The translations under genes and the position numbers were made by a program. From assembly GCF_054482595.1 (NCBI RefSeq), contig NZ_CM137008.1: 64,000 nucleotides of DNA, one strand, 5' to 3'. Position 1 is the first letter of the stretch; the number at the start of each line of letters is the position of its first letter. This document shows, one piece after another, positions 32,873-45,100 of the stretch. Under the pieces are notes generated by a model that was not told the DNA's origin, searched no databases, and worked only from the letters and a program-made list of their open reading frames with translations.

Positions 32873-32904
32873 AGGATACACTCTGGAGTCGACTCCAGAG
32901 TCAA
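32873..32904 (-). promoter_or_regulatory. zntA promoter with ZntR operator (20-bp spacer)
   Basis: On the minus strand: -35 TTGACT, dyad ACTCTGGAGTCGACTCCAGAGT, -10 TATCCT, with the long 20-bp spacer typical of MerR-family promoters. Confidence 0.85.
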
Positions 32905-32910
32905 GTTTTA

Positions 32911-33537
32911 TCAGAGATACAGCGAGCGGACGATGAGGAAGTGACCGGCAAAGTAGCAGGCCGCAGCAATCGCGTTATCCGCACGGAAGCGTCGGCGATA
33001 GTGGCTACCCAGCCAGACAAAGTTACTGATAAACAGCAACGAAGCGCCGACAAACGCGGAGAGCGCCGGAGCGGTCGGACGGAAGAACCACAGTTCACCT
33101 GCCAGCCACACCATCACCAGCGTCATGCCGATAAACGTGCAGATGGGCCAACGATACTCTTCCAGCCGCGTCCAGATAATCGCCAGTAACAGCGCGCCCA
33201 GAACCAGCAGTACCAACGGCAGAGGCCAGAAGAAAGAGAGCGTCATCTGACTGGCGAAATAGATGGTGTACAGCAGGTGCGAGAGGAAAAACGCGCCGAT
33301 GGCGTACATCAGACGTTGACGTGGCAACAGGGTTAGCGCATCGCCCAGCAGTGAGGCGCACAGCCCCGCCAGCACCAGATAGCTAATGGCGTCGAACATC
33401 GGCGCTTGCCAGGCCAGTAACAACAGGAGAAGAAGGGTTAACGGTTTAAACACCCAGCGTTGCCAGGTTGGCCCACGATACGATGCATCCACAGATAGCC
33501 ATGCGGAAAGACAGACAGCGATAAACGACCAAAGCAT
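32911..33537 (-). CDS. yhhN: Inner-membrane protein YhhN
   Basis: 208-aa polytopic membrane protein; synteny. Confidence 0.9.
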
Positions 33538-33677
33538 CTTAGTTCCTTGAATTCGTTATTTTTTCGTAAGCGGAATGCCTACGGTCTTGCTTCCAGTTTA
33601 GTGGCGAGGGTGGACGGATGACAACACCATAACTGGCAGGGTATGCTTAATTCCGCATTTTCCGATGAGGGATAAAG

Positions 33678-34037
33678 ATGAGCAAACCACCTCTTTTCTT
33701 TATTGTTATCATTGGCTTAATCATCGTCGCCGCATCGTTTCGTTTTATGCAACAGCGACGGGAAAAAGCTGATAATGATATGGCACCGCTCCAGCAAAAG
33801 CTGGTGGTGGTGAGCAACAAGCGGGAAAAACCGATTAACGATCGCCGTTCGCGCCAGCAGGAAGTGACTCCGGCAGGCACCAGTATGCGCTATGAGGCAA
33901 GCTTCAAACCGCAAAGCGGAGGAATGGAGCAGACGTTTCGCCTCGACGCCCAGCAGTACCACGCCCTGACAGTGGGCGATAAAGGTACGCTGAGCTATAA
34001 AGGAACGCGCTTTGTTAGCTTTGTAGGCAAACAATAA
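33678..34037 (+). CDS. yhhM: Uncharacterised protein YhhM (DUF2500)
   Basis: 119-aa protein with N-terminal TM helix; synteny. Confidence 0.85.
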   Translation: MSKPPLFFIVIIGLIIVAASFRFMQQRREKADNDMAPLQQKLVVVSNKREKPINDRRSRQQEVTPAGTSMRYEASFKPQSGGMEQTFRLDAQQYHALTVGDKGTLSYKGTRFVSFVGKQ

Positions 34038-34039
34038 GG

Positions 34040-34309
34040 TTATTTTTTAACTTTAAATTTCTTCTGCCAGACCAGCAGTTCAAACACGCCGAAAAGGAAA
34101 ATCCGCACCTTTTCGGCGGTGGTCATCTGCGGGCCATCTTTCGGCAAGGTCGATTTCAACAGCGCCAGCTGCATACCATGCATCAGCACGGTAAAAATCA
34201 GCGCCACGTTAACGAAAATATTCAGCGGGCGCGGGAAGGGATGCACCAGGTTGAGGATTAAAAATCCCCAAACGCAGAGCATTAACAAACGACCAATATT
34301 AATCAGCAT
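34040..34309 (-). CDS. yhhL: Small membrane protein YhhL (DUF1145)
   Basis: 89-aa protein starting MLINIGRLL; start overlaps the rsmD stop by 11 nt; the ORF track begins 123 nt further upstream. Confidence 0.85.
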   Translation of the reverse strand: MLINIGRLLMLCVWGFLILNLVHPFPRPLNIFVNVALIFTVLMHGMQLALLKSTLPKDGPQMTTAEKVRIFLFGVFELLVWQKKFKVKK

Positions 34310-34895
34310 CACTTTCTCCTTGTGCTTCGCGTTGATACAGCCGATAAGCCACCTGACCCGCCACTTTTTCCCGATGTAACGACCAGTTTGCCGGAACAGT
34401 GGGCAGACCGTTTTCGACTTCGCTTTCGACATAAATCAGGGCTTCGTCAGCCAGCCAGCCGTTATCTTCCAGTAAATTTATCGTCTCTTCTAACAAGCCA
34501 CGGCGGAACGGTGGATCGACAAACACGATATTATGCGGTGTGCCTTTTTGCGCCAGGAATGACATTGCGTTGCTGTTCACCACGCGTGCATTGCCTGCTT
34601 TTAGTGTCGCCAGGTTCTTAATTAACTGCTGAGAAACTGCACGATCCATCTCAATCAACGTGGCCCCCGCAGCGTAGCGCGATAACGCTTCCAGCCCCAG
34701 CGCGCCGCTGCCGGCGAAGCAATCCAGACATTGGGCGTCAACAATGACCGGAGCCAGCCAGTTAAACAACGTTTCGCGTACGCGGTCGGTGGTGGGGCGC
34801 AGACCTGGACTATCAGGAACCGGGAGTTTACGGCCTCGCCACTGCCCGCCAATAATGCGGATTTGGCCGCTGCCGGAATGATTCGGTTTTTTCAT
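34299..34895 (-). CDS. rsmD: 16S rRNA (guanine966-N2)-methyltransferase RsmD
   Basis: 198-aa protein with SAM-binding motif DCFAGSGALGLEALSR and catalytic DPPF. Confidence 0.95.
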   Translation of the reverse strand: MKKPNHSGSGQIRIIGGQWRGRKLPVPDSPGLRPTTDRVRETLFNWLAPVIVDAQCLDCFAGSGALGLEALSRYAAGATLIEMDRAVSQQLIKNLATLKAGNARVVNSNAMSFLAQKGTPHNIVFVDPPFRRGLLEETINLLEDNGWLADEALIYVESEVENGLPTVPANWSLHREKVAGQVAYRLYQREAQGESDAD

Positions 34896-35044
34896 GATAA
34901 ATTGCTCAATCCGCCAGATAACACATACTTGCAGGCGGTGATGTGAATTAAGTTAAGTGATAGACTATTTCATCATTTTTTTAGCTGCTATGTACATAGC
35001 GTTAACGCTGTGCCATGAAGCAACAGCGAGGAGTGTAGTCGCAA

Positions 35045-36541
35045 ATGGCGAAAGAAAAAAAACGTGGCTTTTTTTCCTGGCTGGGCTTTGGTCAAAAAGA
35101 GCAGACCCCGGAAAAAGAGACAGAAGTTCAGAATGAACAACCGGTTGTAGAAGAAATCGTTCAGGCGCAAGAGCCTGTGAAGGCTTCGGAACAAGCCGTT
35201 GAAGAGCAGCCGCAGGCGCATACTGAAGCCGAGGCGGAAACTTTTGCTGCCGACGTTGTGGAAGTCACTGAACAGGTAGCTGAAAGTGAAAAAGCGCAGC
35301 CTGAAGCGGAAGTCGTTGCACAGCCGGAACCGGTCGTAGAAGAAACGCCGGAGCCAGTGGCTATCGAACGTGAAGAACTGCCGTTGCCGGAAGGCGTCAA
35401 CGCCGAAGAGGTTTCGCCAGAAGAGTGGCAGGCTGAAGCGGAAACCGTAGAGATTGTCGAAGCGGCGGAAGAAGAAGCGGCTAAAGAAGAAATTACCGAC
35501 GAAGAGCTGGAAGCACAGGCGCTGGCTGCCGAAGCGGCAGAAGAGGCGGTGATGGTGGTTCCTCCGGCAGAAGAAGAGCAGCCGGTGGAAGAAATCGCTC
35601 AGGAGCAGGAAAAACCGACCAAAGAAGGTTTTTTCGCGCGCCTGAAACGCAGCCTGTTAAAAACCAAAGAAAATCTCGGTTCCGGATTTATCAGCCTGTT
35701 CCGCGGTAAAAAAATCGACGATGATCTGTTTGAGGAGCTGGAAGAGCAGCTTTTGATCGCCGATGTGGGTGTGGAAACCACACGTAAAATTATCACCAAT
35801 CTGACGGAAGGCGCATCCCGCAAGCAGCTTCGTGATGCCGAGGCGCTCTATGGCCTGCTGAAAGAAGAGATGGGCGAGATTCTGGCGAAAGTCGATGAGC
35901 CGCTGAATGTTGAAGGCAAAGCGCCGTTTGTGATCCTGATGGTGGGCGTCAACGGTGTGGGTAAAACCACGACGATTGGTAAGCTGGCACGTCAGTTTGA
36001 GCAGCAGGGTAAATCGGTGATGCTGGCGGCGGGCGATACTTTCCGTGCAGCAGCGGTTGAACAGCTTCAGGTCTGGGGTCAGCGCAACAATATTCCGGTG
36101 ATTGCCCAGCATACCGGTGCGGATTCCGCCTCTGTTATCTTCGACGCCATTCAGGCAGCTAAAGCGCGTAATATCGACGTCTTGATTGCCGATACCGCCG
36201 GACGTCTGCAGAACAAATCGCATCTGATGGAAGAGTTGAAGAAAATCGTCCGCGTGATGAAGAAACTCGACGTTGAAGCGCCGCATGAAGTTATGCTGAC
36301 TATTGATGCCAGCACCGGGCAGAACGCGGTAAGCCAGGCCAAACTGTTCCACGAAGCTGTTGGCTTAACCGGCATCACGCTAACGAAACTGGACGGCACG
36401 GCGAAAGGCGGGGTAATTTTCTCGGTGGCTGACCAGTTTGGTATCCCTATCCGCTACATTGGTGTCGGCGAACGTATTGAGGATTTGCGTCCGTTTAAGG
36501 CGGACGACTTTATAGAGGCACTTTTTGCCCGAGAGGATTAA
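35045..36541 (+). CDS. ftsY: Signal recognition particle receptor FtsY
   Basis: Acidic N-terminal A domain followed by the NG GTPase domain (GVNGVGKTTTIGKLA, DTAGR). Confidence 0.95.
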   Translation: MAKEKKRGFFSWLGFGQKEQTPEKETEVQNEQPVVEEIVQAQEPVKASEQAVEEQPQAHTEAEAETFAADVVEVTEQVAESEKAQPEAEVVAQPEPVVEETPEPVAIEREELPLPEGVNAEEVSPEEWQAEAETVEIVEAAEEEAAKEEITDEELEAQALAAEAAEEAVMVVPPAEEEQPVEEIAQEQEKPTKEGFFARLKRSLLKTKENLGSGFISLFRGKKIDDDLFEELEEQLLIADVGVETTRKIITNLTEGASRKQLRDAEALYGLLKEEMGEILAKVDEPLNVEGKAPFVILMVGVNGVGKTTTIGKLARQFEQQGKSVMLAAGDTFRAAAVEQLQVWGQRNNIPVIAQHTGADSASVIFDAIQAAKARNIDVLIADTAGRLQNKSHLMEELKKIVRVMKKLDVEAPHEVMLTIDASTGQNAVSQAKLFHEAVGLTGITLTKLDGTAKGGVIFSVADQFGIPIRYIGVGERIEDLRPFKADDFIEALFARED

Positions 36542-36543
36542 CA

Positions 36544-37212
36544 ATGATTCGCTTTGAACATGTCAGCAAGGCTTATCTCGGTGGGAGACAGGCGCTGCAG
36601 GGCGTTACGTTCCATATGCAGCCGGGTGAGATGGCGTTTCTGACCGGTCATTCCGGCGCAGGGAAAAGTACCCTCCTGAAGCTGATCTGTGGGATTGAGC
36701 GGCCCAGCGCCGGGAAAATCTGGTTTAGCGGCCATGACATCACGCGTCTGAAAAACCGTGAAGTTCCGTTTCTGCGCCGCCAGATTGGCATGATTTTCCA
36801 GGATCACCATCTACTGATGGACCGTACTGTCTACGATAACGTGGCGATCCCCCTGATTATCGCTGGTGCCAGCGGTGACGATATTCGTCGCCGGGTGTCG
36901 GCGGCACTGGATAAAGTCGGGCTACTGGACAAAGCGAAGAACTTCCCTATTCAGCTTTCTGGCGGTGAACAACAGCGTGTTGGCATTGCCCGCGCGGTGG
37001 TGAATAAGCCCGCGGTACTGCTGGCGGACGAACCGACTGGTAACCTGGACGACGCGTTGTCGGAAGGGATTCTACGTCTGTTTGAAGAGTTTAACCGCGT
37101 TGGGGTAACCGTATTGATGGCAACGCACGACATCAACCTGATTTCGCGGCGTTCCTATCGCATGCTCACCCTGAGCGATGGTCACTTGCATGGAGGCGTG
37201 GGCCATGAATAA
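36544..37212 (+). CDS. ftsE: Cell-division ABC ATPase FtsE
   Basis: Walker [12 protein letters not shown], signature LSGGEQQR. Confidence 0.95.
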
Positions 37213-38263
37213 GCGCGATGCAATCAATCATATTCGGCAGTTTGGCGGGCGTCTGGATCGCTTCCGTAAATCGGTCGGCGGCTCAGGCGACGGCGGTCGT
37301 AACGCGCCGAAACGCGCGAAATCCTCGCCAAAACCGGTAAATCGCAAAACCAACGTTTTCAACGAACAGGTGCGCTATGCCTTCCACGGCGCATTGCAGG
37401 ATCTGAAAAGCAAACCGTTCGCCACGTTTTTAACGGTGATGGTTATCGCCATCTCTCTGACGCTGCCCAGCGTCTGTTATATGGTGTACAAAAACGTTAA
37501 CCAGGCGGCGACGCAATATTATCCGTCACCGCAAATCACTGTTTATCTGCAAAAAACGCTGGACGATGACGCTGCTGCGGGCGTGGTGGCACAGTTGCAG
37601 GCCGAGCAGGGCGTGGAGAAAGTGAATTATCTTTCTCGTGAAGACGCACTGGGCGAGTTCCGTAACTGGTCTGGTTTTGGTGGTGCGCTGGATATGCTGG
37701 AAGAAAACCCGCTTCCGGCAGTGGCGGTGGTGATCCCGAAACTCGATTTCCAGGGTACGGAATCACTCAATACGCTGCGTGATCGTATCACGCAGATTAA
37801 CGGCATTGACGAAGTGCGGATGGATGACAGCTGGTTTGCCCGTCTGGCGGCGTTGACCGGGCTGGTCGGGCGCGTTTCGGCGATGATCGGCGTGTTGATG
37901 GTGGCGGCAGTGTTCCTCGTCATCGGTAACAGTGTACGCCTGAGTATCTTTGCTCGCCGTGACTCCATCAACGTGCAGAAACTGATTGGTGCGACGGATG
38001 GTTTCATCCTGCGCCCGTTCCTGTACGGTGGCGCACTGCTGGGATTTTCTGGCGCATTGTTGTCATTAATTTTGTCAGAAATTCTGGTGCTGCGATTGTC
38101 ATCGGCGGTTGCGGAAGTGGCACAGGTTTTCGGAACGAAGTTTGATATCAATGGCTTATCGTTCGATGAATGCCTGCTATTGCTGCTGGTATGCTCGATG
38201 ATTGGCTGGGTGGCAGCGTGGCTTGCCACGGTACAACATTTACGCCACTTTACGCCTGAATAA
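37205..38263 (+). CDS. ftsX: Cell-division ABC permease-like protein FtsX
   Basis: 352-aa protein starting MNKRDAINH; 8-nt overlap with ftsE; the ORF track begins 27 nt further upstream. Confidence 0.95.
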
Positions 38264-38387
38264 TAAAAGCGTGTTATACTCTTTCCCTGCAATGGGTTCC
38301 GTAGCAGGGAAAGAGACCCCGTTGTCTCTTCCCGGTATTTCATCTCTATGTCACATTTTGTGCGTAATTTATTCACAAGCTTGCATT

Positions 38388-38414
38388 GAACTTGTGGATA
38401 AAATCACGGTCTGA
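38388..38414 (+). promoter_or_regulatory. Sigma-E-dependent promoter (rpoH P3)
   Basis: GAACTT (38388-38393), 16-bp spacer, TCTGA (38410-38414) matches the sigma-E consensus; about 95 bp upstream of rpoH. Confidence 0.8.
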
Positions 38415-38507
38415 TAAAACAGTGAATGATAACCTCGTTGCTCTTAAGCTCTGGCACAGTTGTTGCTACCACTGAAGCGCCAGAAGATATCGATTGAGAG
38501 GATTTGA

Positions 38508-39362
38508 ATGACTGACAAAATGCAAAGTTTAGCTTTAGCCCCAGTTGGCAACCTGGATTCCTACATCCGGGCAGCTAACGCGTGGCCGATGTTGTCGGCT
38601 GACGAGGAGCGGGCGCTGGCTGAAAAGCTGCATTACCATGGCGATCTGGAAGCAGCTAAAACGCTGATCCTGTCTCACCTGCGGTTTGTTGTTCATATTG
38701 CTCGTAATTATGCGGGCTATGGCCTGCCACAGGCGGATTTGATTCAGGAAGGTAACATCGGCCTGATGAAAGCAGTGCGCCGTTTTAACCCGGAAGTGGG
38801 TGTGCGCCTGGTCTCCTTCGCCGTTCACTGGATCAAAGCAGAGATCCACGAATACGTCCTGCGTAACTGGCGTATCGTCAAAGTTGCGACCACCAAAGCG
38901 CAGCGCAAACTGTTCTTCAACCTGCGTAAAACCAAGCAGCGTTTGGGCTGGTTTAACCAGGATGAAGTCGAAATGGTGGCCCGTGAACTGGGCGTAACCA
39001 GCAAAGACGTACGTGAGATGGAATCACGTATGGCGGCACAGGACATGACCTTTGACCTGTCTTCCGACGACGATTCCGACAGCCAACCGATGGCACCGGT
39101 GCTCTATCTGCAGGATAAATCATCTAACTTTGCCGACGGCATTGAAGATGATAACTGGGAAGAGCAGGCAGCAAACCGTCTGACCGACGCGATGCAGGGT
39201 CTGGACGAACGCAGCCAGGACATCATCCGTGCGCGCTGGCTGGACGAAGACAACAAGTCCACGTTGCAGGAACTGGCTGACCGTTACGGTGTTTCCGCTG
39301 AGCGTGTACGCCAGCTGGAAAAGAACGCGATGAAAAAACTGCGCGCTGCTATAGAAGCGTAA
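38508..39362 (+). CDS. rpoH: RNA polymerase sigma-32 (heat-shock sigma factor)
   Basis: 284-aa sigma-70-family protein containing the RpoH box ([10 protein letters not shown]). Confidence 0.97.
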   Translation: MTDKMQSLALAPVGNLDSYIRAANAWPMLSADEERALAEKLHYHGDLEAAKTLILSHLRFVVHIARNYAGYGLPQADLIQEGNIGLMKAVRRFNPEVGVRLVSFAVHWIKAEIHEYVLRNWRIVKVATTKAQRKLFFNLRKTKQRLGWFNQDEVEMVARELGVTSKDVREMESRMAAQDMTFDLSSDDDSDSQPMAPVLYLQDKSSNFADGIEDDNWEEQAANRLTDAMQGLDERSQDIIRARWLDEDNKSTLQELADRYGVSAERVRQLEKNAMKKLRAAIEA

Positions 39363-39382
39363 TTTCCGCTATTAAGCAGAGA

Positions 39383-39416
39383 ACCCTGGATGCGAGTCCG
39401 GGGTTTTTGTTTTTTG
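39383..39416 (+). terminator. Rho-independent terminator of rpoH
   Basis: GC-rich hairpin CCCTGGA-tgcgag-TCCGGGG followed by TTTTTGTTTTTT. Confidence 0.8.
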
Positions 39417-39632
39417 GGCCTCTACAATAATCAATTTCCCCTCCGGCAAAACGCCAATCCCCACGCAGATTGTTAATAAACTGTCAAAATAGCTATTCCA
39501 ATATCATAAAAATCGGGTATGTTTTAGCAGAGTATGCTGCTAAAGCACGGGTAGTCATGCATAAAACGAAATAAAGTGCTGAACAACAACATCACAACAC
39601 ACGTAATAACCAGAAGAATGGGGATTCTCAGG

Positions 39633-40736
39633 ATGAACATAAAGGGTAAAGCGTTACTGGCAGGATGTATCGCGCTGGCATTCAGCAATATGGCTCTGGC
39701 AGAAGATATTAAAGTCGCGGTCGTGGGCGCAATGTCCGGTCCGGTTGCGCAGTACGGTGACCAGGAGTTTACCGGCGCAGAGCAGGCGGTTGCGGATATC
39801 AACGCTAAAGGCGGCATTAAAGGCAACAAACTGCAAATCGTAAAATATGACGATGCCTGTGACCCGAAACAGGCGGTTGCGGTGGCGAACAAAGTCGTTA
39901 ACGACGGCATTAAATACGTGATTGGTCACCTCTGTTCTTCATCAACGCAGCCTGCGTCTGACATCTACGAAGACGAAGGCATTTTAATGATCACCCCAGC
40001 GGCAACCGCGCCGGAGCTGACCGCCCGTGGCTATCAGCTGATCCTGCGCACCACCGGCCTGGACTCCGACCAGGGGCCGACGGCGGCGAAATATATTCTT
40101 GCGAAAGTGAAACCGCAGCGTATTGCTATCGTTCACGACAAACAGCAATACGGCGAAGGTCTGGCGCGAGCGGTGCAGGACGGCCTGAAGAAAGGCAATG
40201 CTAACGTGGTGTTCTTTGATGGTATCACCGCCGGGGAAAAAGATTTCTCAACGCTGGTAGCGCGTCTGAAGAAAGAGAATATCGACTTCGTTTACTACGG
40301 CGGTTATCACCCGGAAATGGGGCAAATCCTGCGTCAGGCACGCGCGGCAGGGCTGAAAACTCAGTTTATGGGGCCGGAAGGTGTGGCTAACGTTTCGCTG
40401 TCTAACATTGCGGGCGAATCAGCGGAAGGGCTGCTGGTGACCAAGCCGAAGAACTACGATCAGGTTCCGGCGAACAAACCCATTGTTGATGCGATCAAAG
40501 CGAAAAAACAGGACCCAAGCGGCGCATTCGTTTGGACCACCTACGCCGCGCTACAATCTTTGCAGGCGGGCCTGAATCAGTCTGACGATCCGGCTGAGAT
40601 CGCCAAATACCTGAAAGCGAACTCGGTTGATACCGTGATGGGTCCGCTGACGTGGGATGAGAAAGGTGATCTGAAAGGCTTTGAGTTCGGTGTGTTTGAC
40701 TGGCACGCCAACGGCACAGCGACCGATGCGAAGTAA
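39633..40736 (+). CDS. livJ: Leu/Ile/Val-binding periplasmic protein LivJ
   Basis: 367-aa protein starting [23 protein letters not shown] (signal peptide); the ORF track begins 57 nt further upstream. Confidence 0.95.
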   Translation: MNIKGKALLAGCIALAFSNMALAEDIKVAVVGAMSGPVAQYGDQEFTGAEQAVADINAKGGIKGNKLQIVKYDDACDPKQAVAVANKVVNDGIKYVIGHLCSSSTQPASDIYEDEGILMITPAATAPELTARGYQLILRTTGLDSDQGPTAAKYILAKVKPQRIAIVHDKQQYGEGLARAVQDGLKKGNANVVFFDGITAGEKDFSTLVARLKKENIDFVYYGGYHPEMGQILRQARAAGLKTQFMGPEGVANVSLSNIAGESAEGLLVTKPKNYDQVPANKPIVDAIKAKKQDPSGAFVWTTYAALQSLQAGLNQSDDPAEIAKYLKANSVDTVMGPLTWDEKGDLKGFEFGVFDWHANGTATDAK

Positions 40737-40794
40737 TTGTTAATCGGCAACTTTGGGTTGCCGCCAAATTGCTAATATAGAGTACGTTGCTTCA

Positions 40795-40895
<101 letters not shown>

Positions 40896-40935
40896 ATTTC
40901 TCGTTGGTCATCACTTTTGAAATCAAACTTGACGA

Positions 40936-41319
40936 TTAACGCTTCTCCCAGCCGCCCTGCTGTGCCGTAAATCCCAGTGCCTGCATAAACGCCGTCATCA
41001 CACCGCGATCTTCCACGCCTACATCCGCCATCCACCAGCATGAAACGCCAGGATTGTTACGCAAAACCTCTTCCAGCAGATATTGCCCCACACCGCGACG
41101 TCGAGTGACTTCCCGCACGCGCAGGGAATCCAGTGCCCCCTCGGTGCCGCTTAAGGTTACCCGCACGGCCGCAAGCAGGCGCTCGTTAAAACGCGCGGCG
41201 TAGATGCGGTGGTTATCGTCAACCTGTAAAGAGGAAGGGGAATACTCCGGCCAGATCTTTTGCAGGTCAATCCGGTCCTGGTCGCTAAATTTTTCTAATC
41301 GAATGATGGTCAGCTTCAT
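40936..41319 (-). CDS. panM: PanD maturation factor PanM/PanZ (GNAT-like)
   Basis: 127-aa GNAT-fold protein between livJ and livK. Confidence 0.9.
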   Translation of the reverse strand: MKLTIIRLEKFSDQDRIDLQKIWPEYSPSSLQVDDNHRIYAARFNERLLAAVRVTLSGTEGALDSLRVREVTRRRGVGQYLLEEVLRNNPGVSCWWMADVGVEDRGVMTAFMQALGFTAQQGGWEKR

Positions 41320-41742
41320 GGGTAACCCGTGTAAATCACAAAAGTGGAACCAGTGTAGCGAAATAATTTAATCGGAGGCTTTCTCTTTTTTATTTCTTTT
41401 GGCAGGTGATTAATTTTTTAACAGCAATAATTACAAAGTTAAAACATTAGAGAATGAAAAATGTCCAGCATAATCCCCTGAATGATAGTGAATTATTCCG
41501 CCCTTTGTGCCGTTATTTTATGCTGACAAAGGCACTTTTTTCTGTTTATCTATCAATAAATTCAGAATATTATCTGTTCTTAATCGACTGAAAAATAGGG
41601 ATTTTAATCGCTATCATCACAAAATACTGCGCTAAACCCTTAATCAGACAGGCAAAAACAGTGCAGTATAAAAAAAGAACAGTCTGATTTGTTAACACAT
41701 AAAAACAAAGCAACACAACATCACGAATGGGGATTTTTGACT

Positions 41743-42852
41743 ATGAAACGGAATGCGAAAACTATCATCGCAGGGATGATTGCACTGGCAATTTCACACA
41801 CCGCTTTAGCCGACGATATTAAAGTTGCCGTTGTCGGCGCGATGTCCGGCCCGATTGCCCAGTGGGGCGATATGGAATTTAACGGCGCGCGTCAGGCGAT
41901 TAAAGACATTAATGCCAAAGGGGGAATTAAGGGCGACAAGCTGGTTGGCGTGGAATATGACGACGCCTGCGACCCGAAACAAGCCGTTGCGGTCGCCAAC
42001 AAAATCGTTAATGACGGCATTAAATACGTTATTGGTCATCTGTGTTCTTCTTCTACCCAGCCTGCGTCAGATATCTATGAAGACGAAGGTATTCTGATGA
42101 TCTCGCCGGGGGCGACCAACCCGGAGCTGACCCAACGCGGTTATCAACACATCATGCGTACTGCCGGGCTGGACTCTTCCCAGGGGCCAACGGCGGCAAA
42201 ATACATTCTTGAGACGGTGAAGCCCCAGCGCATCGCCATCATTCACGACAAACAACAGTATGGCGAAGGGCTGGCGCGTTCGGTGCAGGACGGGCTGAAA
42301 GCGGCTAACGCTAACGTCGTCTTCTTCGACGGCATTACCGCTGGCGAGAAAGATTTCTCCGCGCTGATCGCCCGCCTGAAAAAAGAAAACATCGACTTTG
42401 TTTACTACGGCGGTTACTACCCGGAAATGGGGCAGATGCTGCGCCAGGCCCGTTCCGTTGGCCTGAAAACTCAGTTTATGGGGCCGGAAGGCGTGGGTAA
42501 CGCGTCGCTGTCGAATATTGCTGGCGATGCTGCCGAAGGCATGTTGGTCACTATGCCAAAACGCTATGACCAGGATCCGGCAAACCAGGGCATCGTTGAT
42601 GCGCTGAAAGCAGACAAGAAAGATCCGTCCGGGCCATATGTCTGGATCACCTACGCGGCGGTGCAATCTCTGGCAACTGCCCTTGAGCGTACCGGCAGCG
42701 ATGAGCCGCTGGCGCTGGTGAAAGATTTAAAAGCTAACGGTGCAAAGACCGTAATTGGGCCGCTGAACTGGGATGAAAAAGGCGATCTTAAGGGATTTGA
42801 TTTTGGTGTCTTCCAGTGGCACGCCGACGGTTCATCCACGGCAGCCAAGTGA
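41743..42852 (+). CDS. livK: Leucine-specific binding protein LivK
   Basis: 369-aa paralogue of LivJ starting [11 protein letters not shown]; the ORF track begins 54 nt further upstream. Confidence 0.95.
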   Translation: MKRNAKTIIAGMIALAISHTALADDIKVAVVGAMSGPIAQWGDMEFNGARQAIKDINAKGGIKGDKLVGVEYDDACDPKQAVAVANKIVNDGIKYVIGHLCSSSTQPASDIYEDEGILMISPGATNPELTQRGYQHIMRTAGLDSSQGPTAAKYILETVKPQRIAIIHDKQQYGEGLARSVQDGLKAANANVVFFDGITAGEKDFSALIARLKKENIDFVYYGGYYPEMGQMLRQARSVGLKTQFMGPEGVGNASLSNIAGDAAEGMLVTMPKRYDQDPANQGIVDALKADKKDPSGPYVWITYAAVQSLATALERTGSDEPLALVKDLKANGAKTVIGPLNWDEKGDLKGFDFGVFQWHADGSSTAAK

Positions 42853-42899
42853 TCATCCCACCGCCCGTGAAATGCGGGCGGGTTTAGAAAGGTTACCTT

Positions 42900-43826
42900 A
42901 TGTCTGAGCAGTTTTTGTATTTCTTGCAGCAGATGTTTAACGGCGTCACGCTGGGCAGTACCTACGCGCTGATAGCCATCGGCTACACCATGGTTTACGG
43001 CATTATCGGCATGATCAACTTCGCCCACGGCGAGGTTTACATGATTGGCAGCTACGTCTCTTTTATGATCATCGCCGCGCTGATGATGATGGGCATTGAT
43101 ACCGGCTGGCTGCTGGTGGCGGCGGGATTCGTCGGCGCAATCGTCATTGCCAGCGCCTACGGCTGGAGTATCGAACGGGTGGCCTATCGCCCGGTGCGTA
43201 ACTCCAAGCGCCTGATTGCACTCATCTCGGCAATCGGTATGTCCATCTTCCTGCAAAACTACGTCAGCCTGACCGAAGGTTCGCGCGACGTGGCGCTGCC
43301 GAGCCTGTTTAACGGTCAGTGGGTGGTGGGCCATAGCGAAAACTTCTCTGCCTCTATTACTACCATGCAGGCGGTGATCTGGATTGTTACTTTCCTCGCC
43401 ATGCTGGCGCTGACGATTTTCATTCGCTATTCCCGCATGGGGCGCGCGTGTCGTGCCTGTGCGGAAGATCTGAAAATGGCGAGCCTGCTTGGCATTAACA
43501 CTGACCGGGTGATTGCGCTGACCTTTGTGATTGGCGCGGCGATGGCAGCGGTGGCGGGCGTACTGCTCGGTCAGTTCTACGGCGTCATTAACCCCTATAT
43601 CGGCTTTATGGCCGGGATGAAAGCCTTTACCGCTGCGGTGCTCGGTGGGATTGGCAGCATTCCGGGAGCGATGATTGGCGGGCTGATTCTGGGGATTGCG
43701 GAGGCGCTCTCTTCTGCCTATCTGAGTACGGAATATAAAGATGTGGTCTCATTCGCCCTGCTGATTCTGGTGCTGCTGGTGATGCCGACCGGTATTCTGG
43801 GTCGCCCGGAGGTAGAGAAAGTATGA
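42900..43826 (+). CDS. livH: Branched-chain amino acid ABC permease LivH
   Basis: 308-aa polytopic permease. Confidence 0.95.
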   Translation: MSEQFLYFLQQMFNGVTLGSTYALIAIGYTMVYGIIGMINFAHGEVYMIGSYVSFMIIAALMMMGIDTGWLLVAAGFVGAIVIASAYGWSIERVAYRPVRNSKRLIALISAIGMSIFLQNYVSLTEGSRDVALPSLFNGQWVVGHSENFSASITTMQAVIWIVTFLAMLALTIFIRYSRMGRACRACAEDLKMASLLGINTDRVIALTFVIGAAMAAVAGVLLGQFYGVINPYIGFMAGMKAFTAAVLGGIGSIPGAMIGGLILGIAEALSSAYLSTEYKDVVSFALLILVLLVMPTGILGRPEVEKV

Positions 43827-45100
43827 AACCGATGCATATTGCAATGGCGTTGCTCTCTGCCGCGATGTTTTTTGTCCTGGCGGGCGTCTTTATGGGCGTA
43901 CAACTGGAGCTGGATGGCACCAAACTGGTGGTCGACACGGCTTCAGACATCCGTTGGCAGTGGGTGTTTATCGGCACGGCGGTGGTCTTTTTCTTCCAGC
44001 TTTTGCGACCGGCTTTCCAGAAAGGGTTGAAAAGCGTTTCCGGACCGAAGTTTATTCTGCCCGCCATTGATGGCTCCACGGTGAAGCAAAAGCTGTTTCT
44101 CGTGGCGCTGCTGGTGCTTGCGGTGGCGTGGCCGTTTATGGTCTCACGCGGGACGGTGGATATCGCCACCCTGACCATGATCTACATTATCCTCGGACTC
44201 GGGCTGAACGTGGTTGTTGGTCTTTCTGGTCTGCTGGTGCTGGGGTACGGCGGCTTTTACGCCATCGGCGCTTACACTTTTGCGCTGCTCAATCACTATT
44301 ACGGTTTGGGCTTCTGGACCTGTCTGCCGATTGCCGGGTTAATGGCGGCGGCGGCGGGCTTCCTGCTCGGCTTTCCGGTGCTGCGTCTGCGCGGTGACTA
44401 TCTGGCGATCGTTACCCTCGGTTTCGGCGAAATTGTGCGCATATTGCTGCTCAATAACACCGAAATTACCGGCGGCCCGAACGGTATCAGTCAGATCCCG
44501 AAACCGACTTTCTTCGGCCTTGAGTTCAGCCGTACCGCCCGCGAAGGCGGCTGGGACACGTTCAGTAATTTCTTTGGCCTGAAATACGATCCCTCCGATC
44601 GCGTCATCTTCCTCTACCTGGTGGCGTTGCTGCTGGTGGTGTTAAGCCTGTTTGTCATTAACCGCCTGCTGCGGATGCCGCTGGGGCGTGCGTGGGAAGC
44701 GTTGCGTGAAGACGAGATCGCCTGCCGTTCGCTGGGCTTAAGCCCGCGTCGTATCAAGCTGACTGCCTTTACCATCAGCGCCGCGTTTGCCGGTTTTGCC
44801 GGAACGCTGTTTGCTGCGCGCCAGGGCTTTGTCAGCCCGGAATCCTTCACCTTTGCCGAATCAGCCTTTGTACTGGCGATAGTGGTGCTCGGCGGTATGG
44901 GCTCGCAATTTGCGGTGATTCTGGCGGCTGTTCTGCTGGTGGTGTCGCGCGAGTTGATGCGTGATTTCAACGAATACAGCATGTTAATGCTCGGTGGTTT
45001 GATGGTGCTGATGATGATCTGGCGTCCGCAGGGCTTGCTGCCCATGACGCGCCCGCAACTGAAGCTGAAAAACGGCGCAGCGAAAGGAGAGCAGGCATGA
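43823..45100 (+). CDS. livM: Branched-chain amino acid ABC permease LivM
   Basis: 425-aa polytopic permease; ATGA overlap with livH. Confidence 0.95.
   Translation: MKPMHIAMALLSAAMFFVLAGVFMGVQLELDGTKLVVDTASDIRWQWVFIGTAVVFFFQLLRPAFQKGLKSVSGPKFILPAIDGSTVKQKLFLVALLVLAVAWPFMVSRGTVDIATLTMIYIILGLGLNVVVGLSGLLVLGYGGFYAIGAYTFALLNHYYGLGFWTCLPIAGLMAAAAGFLLGFPVLRLRGDYLAIVTLGFGEIVRILLLNNTEITGGPNGISQIPKPTFFGLEFSRTAREGGWDTFSNFFGLKYDPSDRVIFLYLVALLLVVLSLFVINRLLRMPLGRAWEALREDEIACRSLGLSPRRIKLTAFTISAAFAGFAGTLFAARQGFVSPESFTFAESAFVLAIVVLGGMGSQFAVILAAVLLVVSRELMRDFNEYSMLMLGGLMVLMMIWRPQGLLPMTRPQLKLKNGAAKGEQA

Noticed and set aside
35100-35640. Highly acidic, Glu/Ala-rich repetitive stretch at the start of ftsY
   Set aside because: This is the known acidic A domain of FtsY, not a mobile repeat or an independent feature
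35657-36352. 231-aa minus-strand ORF antisense to ftsY
   Set aside because: Overlaps the FtsY GTPase domain, which carries unambiguous motifs; no ribosome-binding site or homology signal
37627-38376. 249-aa minus-strand ORF antisense to ftsX
   Set aside because: Fully contained in the ftsX region; spurious
40744-40762. Short hairpin CGGCAAC-tttgg-GTTGCCG immediately after livJ
   Set aside because: Not followed by a T-tract; the adjacent REP elements are the more likely transcript-stabilising or terminating structures
42651-43334. 227-aa minus-strand ORF antisense to the livK-livH junction
   Set aside because: Overlaps two well-supported transporter genes; spurious
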